A DNA stretch of 64,000 nt from Hydrolagus colliei (lineage: Eukaryota), in contig CM068757.1 of NCBI GenBank assembly GCA_035084275.1, positions 7,688,001 through 7,752,000 of the forward strand, given 5' to 3'. A program made the position numbers and the translations under genes. This document shows, piece after piece, positions 1 through 12,800 of this stretch. The notes beneath the pieces were generated by a model. It ran no database searches and was not told the DNA's origin. It worked only from the letters and a program-made list of their open reading frames with translations. Numbering within the stretch: the first letter of the stretch is position 1; each line of letters opens with the position of its first letter.

Positions 1-108
1 CAGCTCACAACTTATTCATGCACCTCAAAAAACACTGGGGAGCACAATTCTTTAGAAGGTACAGGAGAAATCAGCAAATCCAATAAAAATGGACGAAAAC
101 GCAAAACA

Positions 109-238
109 CTGCAGATGCTAGAAATCTGAAACAAAAACAGAAAGGCAGCATCTATGGTGGTACGAAAACTTTTCCTTTCTCCATAGATGCTGCCTGACCT
201 GCTGAGTGTTCCCAGCAATTTTTGTTTTTGTTTCAGAT
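109..238. mobile_element. Internally deleted inverted-repeat copy of the same palindromic family
   Basis: ggcagcatctatgg ... ccatagatgctgcctgacctgctgagtgttcccagc; outer arms atctgaaacaaaaaca / tgtttttgtttcagat; no ribozyme core. Confidence 0.75.
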
Positions 239-2477
239 AAAAATTAACATTGGTTTAAGGTAGTTTGGGAGTAGAATTAAGCTTTTAGTAGTTGTATTAA
301 CTTTTGTGTTTAAGAAAAATGTAGTTTTCCCAACCACTGGGTTTTCAGTGACTATAGGAGGAGAAAACATTGCCAACCCGACTGCTATTCAGTACTACTA
401 GTGACGTGTGTGTGAGTATGGATAAGAATTAGATTGAGTTTGCGTCTACTGTTGACACTCCCTGTCTGAGTGCTCAAATGAAAATAGTTACTCGGGCAAT
501 GTGCTGTGTGCTGGCGTTCACTAGTGGTATTCTCCTGGCTGGATAGGAAGGGCATAAAAGCGAGAGTCACCTACTAATTTTCTCTTTTGAGTTCATATGG
601 TTAACAAATCTCCCCAAACGCAAGCCAACAAATTGCTTCATCAGAAACACTAGAAACATCAGAAACTTTCTATCCTCTGGTACAGTGTCGACCACAGTCA
701 ATCCATCAACGTCACAGAGACTAACTGCAGTAAACATCGATTGCTCTCAGAGAAGAGGGAGCGGAGAGCAAATGACCTAGGAAGAGGACTCTTCCCAGAG
801 TGACTGAATGAGATGATTCGAGAAAAGCTTGACAACAAGATTGATTTGAGCTTCGCATTCTTGTCTACAGATGCTAATATTGCATTTGGTAAATTTATGC
901 AGCAAATCAGCTGAAAGGAGAGATTGATAGAATGAACATATGAGGTGGGATAAAATGCCTTGTCTGGATATAAAAAAAACAACTTGCAGGCAATGGTTTT
1001 TAGACATCTGCGCAATGGCATAGCTCACATTAGCTGTATTTTTGTTTAAGAAAATTCTCGAGGAACAGACACTGTGCAAGGTCTTATGAATACACAAGGA
1101 AACTCTTACAGAATTGATAATATTTTAAGAGATTTCCTGTCACAGAAGTGTGAGAGCAGTGGGATTGCTGAATGCCTTTGTTCCTGTCCCCCACCTTCAA
1201 GTTTAACTGTTGTTAGTAATTCTTTGGTTGAAAGGAAGGGTCAAGTGATTTGCTCAGAAACCTGGCAGTGATTTGATTAGTGGTTGTTAAGAGGTATGTA
1301 TGAGCAGCCGAGTCTGACTCCTGTATTCACTCCCTCTGTCTGGAAGAACGCCCCCACCTTATCTTCCAAATATCACAGATACTCTTGGTGAAGCTTGGTT
1401 GTTTTGACTCTGGAGCTGAATGTCTCTACACATCAAATCACTTTCCTTCCTGCTCTGCGAAAGGACTTATAATAATAGTAATAATCCCTGCATTTGTTTC
1501 AGTGCTTTACCATGTTGTTGAGATGTCTCAAGGTGATTCACAGATTATATTGTGAAGTGGAGAGATTGTATATTTGGAGGGAGAAACACAGCAGCCAAAT
1601 GCGCACAGCAGTGTCCCACAAAGGTCGTGGATTGCGTGGCCCTATTTTGTTTTGAGGGATTATTATCTACAGAAAGTGGTCCCTAACAACTAACAACCAT
1701 TTCCTATTTACCGTTTGGAAAACAGAAGTGCATGGAATAAGGAAACTTGTCTGAAGTTTCGCCCAGCCTAGAATCAAACCTGGGTCCTCTTGCTTGACTA
1801 TAAATGAACATGAGAAATCTACAACAAACCAGTGCCTGTCAGAGAGGATGGGGAGTTAGTCTGTCAGTGGCAGAGTCGCTTTTTTTTGCATTTGTTTTGG
1901 GTTTAACATCTGAAGACTGAATGCACTCAGATTTTTGATGCTTCAAATTGCGTCTCTCAGTGATATCTTATCCACAGATATTCTTGATCAGACTGACTTG
2001 GTTCTTTTCCCGCAGGCTTAGTATCAGCCGTTTGCAACAGGAAATAGCTGACGGCTGACACAGCCGCACACCCATTCGCCTCGGCTTGGGTTGAATTCTG
2101 TTTTCTGTGGGGAGAGCGGGATGGCTGCGGGCCTGACTGACAACCACATGCATCTGGCACTCTACACAATGTGATGCTACTGGCCTTAGTTCAAAAATCC
2201 AAGTAAAGTAGAGGGTTAACCTGCCTTTCTGTAATGGTTGCTGTTACGTGTAGTATGTGGCTAAGGGGGATTACTGCTGTGGATTCAGGATATTTACACT
2301 AAAGAAATGGTTTGATTGAAGGAGGGAGCAGGTTGATTTAAAGGCTTGAATGTCAAGTACTCGTGTAGAGAGATTAAATGAAGAACTGACTGGAAGTTCC
2401 CAGGAGAGGCTCTGTACCAGCCAGCGATTGGGAAATCGGTTACAATGGCAATACATCAATTTTATTTTAAATAATCG

Positions 2478-2640
2478 AGAGAATGGTTCTTCCCTCTAGT
2501 GGGGAAAGTCCAGAATGAGGGGACATCATCTGAAAATTACAGCAGAACAAGTTAATAAGAAACATCATGAGACATTTCTTCCACACGTAGTGTGTGAATG
2601 TTGAACGCATTCCCCAAGGAGATCTGAGATGCAGAGCGTT
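2478..2640 (+). mobile_element. Degenerate CR1 ORF2 C-terminal fragment
   Basis: ttccctctagtgggg..agtccagaatgaggggacat (RGH-type motif) ... ttcttccacac...gtgaatgttgaacgcattcccc. Confidence 0.55.
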
Positions 2641-4688
2641 CTCACACCCAGAGACAGAATAATCCTTGCTTTTGATTTAGCGTCTCTCATGTCGGGAGGA
2701 CATCTCAGAGGGCTTCACAGAGTTTTATTTGTAAAGTGTAGTGACTGTGTACTCTGTAGGCAAATGAATGGAAATCTTCCTTGTGGATGGTTGTTTATAT
2801 GAGAGTGCGGCACTGGCAGTGGCATCTGCACTGTCAGATAATCCCAGTGTAGAGAAGCACCAAACTCTTCTACAGCCTATTTGTAATCTCAGGCCTCAAG
2901 AGATTTAATTAAGTGCAGGTCAGGGTAAACCGAAAGGAATGTAATTTCTCTAGGGTTTGTAGTGAGGGCAGCCCTCAGTTCATGTGCCAGGAGACTGCCT
3001 GCTGCATTCCAGTTGATAGCTGAAATCAGGAGCGAGGCTTATCATCTGGTTTATCAGGTCGATGTGAATCTCTGTGAAGAAGCAGCAACAGAAAAGTCCA
3101 CAGTCAGTTGACAGGACCTTTTCTCTGGCCTCCGAATGAACACAAACAAACAGCTCTCCGTTTCCTACGCTCAACCAATTACTTACTAATCTACTGCAAG
3201 TTCACAGTGCAAATATTAACCAGGAGAAAGACTTTGATTATGTAACTATCAGTCCCCTGTTATACCCTTGAATATACTCTTGCCCAGCAGCGAAATGAAC
3301 TAGTGTCATGATATCGAGCCCAGTTGAATGTGCATAAGGTCTCACCACATTCCTGACTCTGCCTGCTTTGAACTGAGACTGACATCCTAATTGCTAATGG
3401 TTCTTTGTTTAGTCCCAGTTTTGCCTCGACAGGATTAAACTAACAATAAACTCTCAGAAACTGCCATCCATCCTCCTGACGCTGCAAGCCGTTCCCTTTA
3501 TTGTATCGCTCTAATAGGCTTACAGACCCACGGTTACCATGGTGAAAGCTTAAAGATGGCAGCTGAGTCAGATTGCCTATTGTGTAGCCATGAATCCGAG
3601 AAGCGAGTGTTACGGGTTAAAGTGTGAAAGTCCTCACTGGTAAAGAGAGAAACGGTTCAGCGACGTCCTCCACAGCTGCAGCCGGACAGAAAGAAAGAAA
3701 GAGGTTACCACAAGCCACTTGATTGGGTTTGCCCGCAAAGAAGGCTGGTGGTGACTCTCTCCTTGAATAAAGACAACCATTAACTGTCACACTTGTTCAT
3801 TGTGCAAGTCACCTTGCTTCACTAAGAAGGGCGTGTGAAGTGCTCACAAACTTGCTTTGTCGGGGCATTCTGTGCGACCAAACCACTTTGGTTTGTTTCT
3901 AAATAAAAAGTTGAAGACTAAACACAGGATCGAGATAAGCTAAGCGACTATACCGTGACCCGGGAAGGAGAACACAGTAACACAGTCGCAATGTGGTGGG
4001 ACCTTTTGGGATACTGATCCATTCTATTGACAGACTGTGCTCGGGACACTGGCATTTGTTCCAAACAATTTGGATGTAGGAAGGAATCAGCAGGCCCCTG
4101 AATTGGGTCATGGGTTGTTGTCCTTGGGTTCATTACATAAAGACTGAATAGATTATGTTATGTTATCTTATCAGATGCATCTCCACAATTAGGCTTTTGT
4201 GCATCGCTAGTTACCAGCTCTAGAAGTCTCAGCTCTGAATAAATATTGGTTTGTATAACCCACTGCAGGAATTGAAATTCTACTCAAGTATTGTGGCGTT
4301 GCTACTGGCTATAGATACTGCAAATGAATAGTTCAATTGGCTCCGCATTTTCATGGTGTAGGAAATGCCAGCGCGAGCTCCGATCATCAAACGATTGACT
4401 TTCTGTTGAAATATGCCTCGAGCTTCAACCCACGTAGTTTGGAATAGCCTTGTGCTATCTCAGCGATTATTGCAACTGAAATGAAATTGAAGTCCTCTTT
4501 GTGAGCTCTGGGCCTAAGATCTGAAAATCTTCAGTGCGGACACCTGGCCTCAATCTTTTCTTCTCCGTTCCAAACATTTCGCAAAGTTCTTTCTCTACAG
4601 TAGATACCACAGATACTTTGCCTCCATCGGTCTTCCACAAACCAGGTGTGTGTGCATTCCTTACCAAACTTCCAGGAAGCAATATATA

Positions 4689-4901
4689 CAGTAAAAGCCC
4701 GTTTATCCGGCACCCTCGGGACCTGGCCAATGTCAGTTAAAGTGCCTACCGGATATTCGGCCGAAAACGTAAAAGATAATTAAATAATTTAAATGCATTT
4801 TTCCAGATAAATTCCGGTTAATTGAATGCGGACTTTTTTTTTCGATGCCAGTTATACAGAAGTTACGGTTGATAGGGTGCCGGATAAACGGGTTTTTACT
4901 G
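4689..4901. mobile_element. 213-bp MITE, Tc1/mariner superfamily (pogo/Tigger-like)
   Basis: 28-bp TIRs CAGTAAAAGCCCGTTTATCCGGCACCCT / AGGGTGCCGGATAAACGGGTTTTTACTG (1 mismatch), flanked by TA on both sides. Confidence 0.9.
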
Positions 4902-7900
4902 TACATCATCCTTCAAAACGGTCTAGAATCTTCTACATATCACTTGTAAACCTCCAGAAATCGCAGGTACACCTCCATAACAGATCTCTGAAAATCGTGT
5001 CTGTGAAAATCCAGCATTGGACCGAAGCATCAGCTCTATTGTGGAGCTTCAACCCACACATTCCGAGTCTGAGGCCAGAGTGCAACCGAGCTGGGCGTCA
5101 TGGCTGTTTGTGAGATTTTGCTTGAGCTAACGACTGCCATGTTTGCTTACAAAAATGTTCACTGTGTATGGTATTTACTTGGCAAGCTCTCTAACTTCCT
5201 TTGATGTGATAAAGCGCTGGCAAGGGAAAGAAAGAAGAACACAAATGGCAGCATCGCTTACTGTAATCTTCCAGGAAAACTACAGCAACAATTCAACACC
5301 GACTAGGTTAGCTTGTATGCTGAGAGAATATGTTTTGAACAGTAAACAGAATAATTAGTATTTACTTGAGCAAGATTGACCAGTGTACTTTCTGTATCTC
5401 CGAGGGATGGCACATCCTGTTTATGTTAAGGAGCCAGATGATCAGGGCAGTGAGTACAAAGACGCAATGAAGTCATCACAAACTGCTCTTGTGGTCTGGA
5501 TAAACAACTCGAATAAAATAACCTCTCAAGTTCGGGTTTTTCCTCTGCAGTGTGTGTCCTGCAGCGTGTTCCCGCTGCAAGTCTAGCCGTGTAAGAAAGC
5601 CCGGCCAAGATAGAAACAGGAGGAAACCACTTGGATCAATGTGGATTTCACCTCAGTCCAAGATGGTTTCACAATCCGAAATCCGCTGAATTCACTCCCA
5701 GGACAAGTTACCTTTGTCTATCGAGAACAACATTTACTTTAATTTCTAATCCATTCCATTTGTAACGTGCGTTGAGATGTTTATTTTACGTGAAAGGAGG
5801 TTACTAAAAATGGCATTTATTATATCATTAGGTGTCTGAAATAATCACACATTGAATTCCTTTACTATTTAACTCAATATAGTATCACCCCAAAGCAATT
5901 TCACGAATCTCCTTTGGTCCTGGGTGAGGCTTGCTGTCAATATAGATGAGTGAGTGCCTGGCTCGGGGTCAGACTCAGCTACTGTAAAGCTCTCAGAGAC
6001 GCTCCCCAGCGTGAAGGGCGCTATTTAAATGCAAGTTGTTGTTGTTGAGCGAGTGCCGGTAAGACAGGTTGTGATAGGAATCCCAGGAGAACCACATTGT
6101 CAATGGCCCACAGCCCAAAGCTGATGGTCGTCTTGACGTATAATAAAAATAAATAAAGCAATAGCAAAATCCAGGTAGATTAGCGTGAGAGGTTGTACAA
6201 AGGCTTGTGAAGAAATATGCTGAAGATGCTGAAACAACCGTCAAAGGAATAACGCATATACAAACGAGTCATACCTTGCAAAAAACATTATCTGCCAACA
6301 CAGACTAGTTATAATAAAGGGCGTCGTTCTACCGACCTCATATCAGGTAATGAGCCCTAGCATTATGCATTACACATAAACCTGCACTTCAAACAGTGGT
6401 AACGTTTGTCATTCTTAATGAACGAATACAAGCCTACAATAAGCAGGGAAAGTACCCACTGCAACAGCACCTCGGCATTTCAGACCTTTCTCTGTTTTGA
6501 GGTTAAGAAAGTCATTAAATGTTTCGGTGTGATTGGCAATCGCAGAGGGCCAGCTGGGCTAATGTGTTTGTTGTCCTGAAGAAGCTAAGAATCTCCCCAT
6601 CGCAGCCTCGTTCATCAAACCAAGACATGCTTTGTGTGCATCAGCTGTTTGTCGGCTGGGTGCGGTGTGTGAGAAAGCACTTGATACTGGCAGGAGGAGA
6701 AATAGACTAGCAACAAATTACACTCCAGACCAACACAGGATGGCATTCAACAGCAACTTAATAACAAGATAAAGATTCAAACTTGGGAAGGAGGATGGAA
6801 AGATAGACAATTGGGATCCAGAGGTAGTCATGTGGATTGATAACAACAGCAGCAAAATTACATTTGTATAGGAGGGCCTTTCACGTCGGGAGGACGTCCC
6901 AAGGCCTTAAGAAACAGAACAGCTGGACAGATCCTAGCTGTCACATCTGACAGAGAGCTGGAAAAAACCAAGGTAGGGAGATGACAGGCGATAAGTGGTA
7001 CAAAAAGGTTTTGTTGATGTTTTAGCTAAACGCTGCATGCTGCATCCCATCTATAACCTAGGAAAGGGAGGGATTCAGTTTCAAATGACGCCTACTTAAA
7101 GAAATAGCTTATACAAGCACAACAACAACTTGCATTTATATAGCACCCTTCGCGTAGGGTAGCGTCCCGGAGCTCTTATATAGCTGTCACTGAAAATCTT
7201 GCTGAACAATCGAACGCTCTGGGCTGCTCTGTTTCAGAGAAGTGACCATTGAATAAAGGCTGTGGAGTTCAACTACCAATCAATCTGTCGGTTGCTGCAT
7301 TGGTTCATTTGTGGAGCTTATTTGATTGATCAGCTCTGAGGCAATGAATGAGGTGCATAATGAATGACAGCACAAGTCTATTGCTGATGTTAACACTTCA
7401 TATTTAGTTTCCATAAGACCTGCTTTAAGCAACCAACAAAGATAGCCCAACTCGCAGCTCAATACCCCTATTGAAACTGATGAAAATGTGGCGTCTATTT
7501 TAGTCCATCATTGAGTGCGTCAATTGAATGCTCATGTACGTTATATAATTTTCATCATATGGTGGACAGATGTGAACAGTGGCTGAAGGGACCCTGTCTT
7601 TTTGGCACTCGTGTACTTCTCCTACTGCATGTGGTCTCTGGCATTGAATGCACCACAGTAAACTAGTGGTGAATGCTAAATGAAGCATTGGATACCTAAG
7701 GCTTATGAAGGACTTTAATTTCTCGTTAGCTAAATCAGTTACACAATGTCTTGGCTCTTGTTGAAATGCATAGCAAATATCTGGAAATTAGTTACCAATC
7801 TACAATCTAGTTTTAAAGAGTTCTAATGACACAATAAATTGAACGTTCGAAATTTGAGCGTCGTATAACTACCCACACATACCCCCCCTCCCCGGCTATT

Positions 7901-8257
7901 ACTGGGTGAACTCTGTGTCTATGTGCCGCTTAAGTACATCTGCTGGCGTCATTCATCAGGAAGGTTCTGCTCCATTTGTCTTTGAAACGTTTATTTTTGC
8001 GGCGATTTGTTTTGCACTCTCTAAGGTCAGTACTCGGAACAGAAAATGTTTCCATATTTGGCACCTGACATGGATGCAGAATGCTCTGAGGTCAGGTGTA
8101 CAAAAGTCCGCAGCTGAGCAACTCTTCTGCGCTTTCTGTGTGATGTCTAAATCCCGGGCATTTTACATGGTTTTTTTTAAAAAAAATGTGTAATCTAAAA
8201 AGGGTTTCCTTCAGATAACCAAAAGAACCAAGGGGAACTCTGTTCCTCACTCCATGT

Positions 8258-8505
8258 ATAGGAACAAGACGAGGCCATTTAGTCCCTCAGGCCTGTTCCA
8301 TTATTCTATTAGATCACGGCTGATCTGTACCTCAAATCCAATTACATACCTTTGCCTTGTATCCCTCGATACCCTGACCTAACAAATAAGTATTCTCTTG
8401 AATAGTCTTGAAAACGTGAATGGATCCAGCATCCACACCTTTTGGGTGGAAAGAGTGCCAGATTCCCAATACCTTTTGCATGACACAATGCTTCCTGATT
8501 TCACA
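8258..8505 (-). mobile_element. CR1-like LINE 3' fragment
   Basis: taggaacaagacgaggccatttagtccctc...tagatcacggctgatctgtacctca...; shared with 51552-51930 and 27289-27465. Confidence 0.7.
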
Positions 8506-8615
8506 CTTATCTAATAAGGGGATTCCTTTAGATAACTGGAAGACCCACAGGGAATTTCACCTCTCGCGTTCAGAAGCTCGCTTCACATCTTTAATAGCTT
8601 CCTGTTTGTTTGCAG

Positions 8616-9854
8616 GTGCCGGTCGGTGTCTCCTGCACCTCTGCGAACTCTGGTGAGGAGCCCCACGTATCCTCTGAGCGACGGTGAAGACTCCTACAGG
8701 CCCATTCGCTATGCCCGCGTCTCCGCGCCGCGTCTGAGCCTGAGGAATTGCGGCTCGGGAGAAGCTACCCCCAGAAGCAGCTTCCTGCACTCGTGCAACA
8801 TTGAATCTCCCAGCCACTTACTGAAGGCTGTGAGCATCGGGTGCCTGGACAAAAACAGGCCAGCTGACAAGGTCGAGGGAGCTGGGAATTGGAAGCAGCC
8901 AGTAGACGATTTCCCCGAGGGTCCGAGCGGGGATGGGATAGGAGGTAATCCGGTCAAACGCAGGGCACTGTCTTTGGGAACCGCCACTGCAATCCGCAAC
9001 CTCTCACTCAGCAGAACCAGCGTACGCTCTCAGGACATCAGGCAGAAGATTTCAGAATGGGAATGCAGGAAGGCAATGTCTCCCAGGCGCAGTCTGATGC
9101 TGGACAAGAGAAAGCTTGGAGATAGGGGTAGCAGTGAGGGCTGCCCCAGTGTGCTGCCTTCACCGTGCAGTGAAAAGACTTTTGATCTGACGGGATTCAG
9201 AAGGATGAGTAGGTCCTTCTCAGAGTGTTCGTACCCTGAGACCGAGGACGAGGTCCTCGATAAAGAGCCACTGGCCAGATACGAGAAAGTGCTCGGGAGA
9301 ACTCAGTCTCCTAACACTTTCGTCAAAGAATACTCCAGGAAAAAACAGACTTCTGCCGTACTGTCCAGGATTCAGAAAATTGAGCAAACTCTGAAGGAAA
9401 GCCCCAATAAAGACCTTCCACAGTTGCCCAGCAGCTGCTACGCGAAGGAACTACTGAGGAGAAAATCTTTGGCCTTGAGTGTACCGGAGGATGTCCGGGA
9501 GACGGGGAGTGTCACAAAGTCTGTCAGTGCTGACCCAGAGCTAACAGAGGCTGAGTCTGACCCTGTCCTGGAGCAAACCCAACTGCAACAAGAGCAAGGG
9601 CAGGGCACAGACAAGTCTTGTCACAAGCCTGGATTGCCCGCCGAGGACTCGCCCGGCATTGTGGTCAATCCCGTGCCAAAACCCAAACGCACCTTTGAAT
9701 ACGAAGCTGATAAAAACCATAGGAGCACACCCAACAACAGCCTACCTCCCACCCCACCCCCCGCCTCGCCGCCACCTCTCCCCTCCACTCCCGCCCCTCC
9801 CGTCACCAGGAGACAGAAAAAGGATTTAAACCTTCACAGAAAGATCCACAACAG
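8616..9854 (+). CDS. DENND2B: DENND2B/ST5 large N-terminal coding exon (1239 nt, phase 2-2), ending in a proline-rich segment
   Basis: Acceptor tttgcag|G, donor AACAG|gtaaca. The translation contains ST5-like motifs IRQKISEWE, RRMSRSFSECSYPETE, SAVLSRIQKIEQ, NPVPKPKRTFEYEADK and PPPLPSTPAPPVTRR. Confidence 0.96.
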
Positions 9855-12800
9855 GTAACATGACACCATCCAGCATGGCTGCAGTAAAGGGACTGTGTTT
9901 TCAGAATTAAAATAAGCAAAAGCTGGATCAATTGGGATGTTCAAAATGATGATGGCTAGTTATTTGGGAAGTAAGGGTATAAAGAGGTGTAGGGAAAAGT
10001 TGAGGACTTTGGGCACTTTATATTCTCAAGCATATTAGTCACAACTGGCCAATATGTGTTTAAAAATGTACGTTATTCCAGAGCTAGCCCAACCGGTTAT
10101 GGAATGTAGGAATGAGGTGTGATATGTCTGGTTTTCGCAATTTTCTCAGCAATTCCCAAGTGTGTTGGTTGCTCTCTTGCTTCTCTGGATCATTTTAAAT
10201 GGCTGCATTGGAAACCATCAGGAGGCTTGGCTTTTGGCCGAGTATAATCTTCACCAGTAGCTTTGCTGCTTTCTCTCGGATGGCGTTTCTCTGGAATGCT
10301 CCTCTTCAAAAGTAAATCTTCCGTTTTTTATGCCTTAGATTTTTACGAATCTTCGTTTACATGGTTGCCGCTGATGGTGCTTTGCTAAATTCCATTGCAA
10401 CAACTTGTATTTATGTAGCGCCTTTCACGCAGGGTAGTGTCTCACAGTGCTTAACAGAGGCAGATCTGAACACGGGCAGCATGCAATAGTGAATATGCTG
10501 CAGTCAGACCAATCTAGGGCATGTCTGCTCTACACAATAGATTTAAATCCCATAAATGTGTTTTTTTTATCATTAGGAATTGGTGCAGGATTTGGTTCAG
10601 TGCAAGTGCTGGTAATAGGAAATAGGGCCTTCAGCCAAACCCCAGAAGAGCTTTGCTCAGTCACTAGTGTGATATTTCCATTTCCTACACTGTGTGTTCT
10701 TACAGGCTCTGTAACAATATTGCCAAACTAATGCCAAATGGGCTAAATGTGAGGGGATATTTATGTTGCACACTTCCGTCCACTGGGAGCCAGATTGAAA
10801 CTGCCCAAATATCTTTCAATTAGGCCCTGTACAGCTGTCAGGCTGACAAGAATTTCACCTTCAATGGGACTGAATTTGAGGCCAGGTTCTGGAGGTGGCA
10901 CAAGGCTGGGTTGTAGCTCAATCTGTGCCAAGCAGAACCACCTGGAGAGTGTGCAGACCACCCATTGATAGACCATGTGGAGGAACTCCACCCAGAATGA
11001 GATTGTGAGTGTCGCCCTCCCCATTGCAGCCTGTTCACCACAGAAAGCATGACTGTGAGAAGCAGGGAGATCCTGGGAGAGACCCTGCACGTACCCAGTA
11101 TGATAGACAAAGCATGGACATTACTTTAGTATACAATGAACATTGACAATAGGTTTATTATTCAGTTTACTAGTCCCCTTGTTACATGTTGGACGTGAGA
11201 ACAAGAGAATTGTCATACTTAGTGCAATCTGCCTTTGTACATTTATTGTATGATACTGTACAATTGTAGCAGTTCCCTCGTGAAAATATGCATCCATTAG
11301 TGCCAAACAGCGGCAGACTTTTTCCAATGCACCTTTGTGTGCTCCATATCAAGGTAATGCCTGGCACAATGGAATTCATCACAAACATCTCACAATAGAT
11401 ACACTAGTACATGTGTTGTTCGCATAACTGAATATACTTTAATCGTGTGTGTGCATGTGATTTCTTCCTCCGGGGCCTCTCTTGGGTTTAAAATGACTGA
11501 TTTGCTGCTTAAAGCCCTTAGACCATCAATAAACATTGCAAAAGTGCTGGTTACATTCCAGAGGGATGGATTGTGCAAGGAGGCTCAGTCAAATTCTGAA
11601 TGGCTGCCATTTGCATAAATTTGCTACTGATGTTTGCGCATTATGATCCTGAGTGGGCTCTGATCATTCGCGGACGGGTTAAACTCTGAGAGCGATTTGG
11701 TAAAGGTTTGATAATCACAGACACATTTGTCCATTTGATTTCAAAGCTAATCCATACAGGCCATAACAGAAAGTCTGACTGTTCAGTGTTAATGCATGTA
11801 TAATAATAATCAGAATAATCCTTGCATTTGATACAGCACATTATCGCATTGTTGAGATGTCTTGAAGCGTTTTACAGAATATTTTGTAAAGTGGGATTGA
11901 CTGTGCATTTTGTGGGAAAAACGTGGTGGCTAATTGCACACAGCAGTGTTTCACAAAGCAACTGAAATATTAAAATCAACTTCAGAACGGGCTGAGACAT
12001 CCATAAGATTTGTTCAATCCATTTACTCACTTCTATTACAGTTTGTTGCAGAGAAATAAATATTCTGCTGCTAAATGTGAAATATAGCCATGAAGCTGCC
12101 ACTCAACTATTTCAGGCATTTCCTAACTGGATTAAGGTGTTTGCTGCAGTGCTTTGTGTCTGAGACTCTTCACTGGGGAAGTACAGGCAAAGGAAGCCCT
12201 TCAGTCCATTTGATCTGATCCTTAAAGAGTACTGACCTCACTGTCAACCCATCACAGGGCCAGGCTGGGTTTTCAATGAGAGCTATGGTTGTGGCTGTTG
12301 TGTTCCACATGAGAGGCATGATTGATGTAGTTGACTGTGACTGGAGCTTGAACTGTCTCTAATCCTCTTGAATAGACACCCATCTGTTTGAGAGTAGGTC
12401 ACTCTGCCTTCTTTTCTGTGAATTTTCCATTTAATTTTTGCCATTAGTTACATTGTCGGTTGCAGCTGCCAATTTTACCTTATGAGCAACCAGGTGTTAC
12501 CTTGGAGGAAAGTCAGATTTGTGACATTTGACGAGCAATGTAAAAGCATCAGCTGACCCGAAGAAAATTTCACATGTTTTTCTTTTTATTGGGTGGAGCA
12601 GAAAAAGGCCCATCAATTCAACTCCCGAGAGCTCAGTGGAGGGTTGAGTCCCAACCCAAACTGGGGCCTATCTCGTCAACCACATACCATCTACAGAACT
12701 AGAGTATTAACAATAAAACACTTGCATATATATTGCACTCTTCTCGTGGGCTAGTGTGATGGAACACTTTGTCACTGTAGCTGAAATGACTGAAGAGGAA

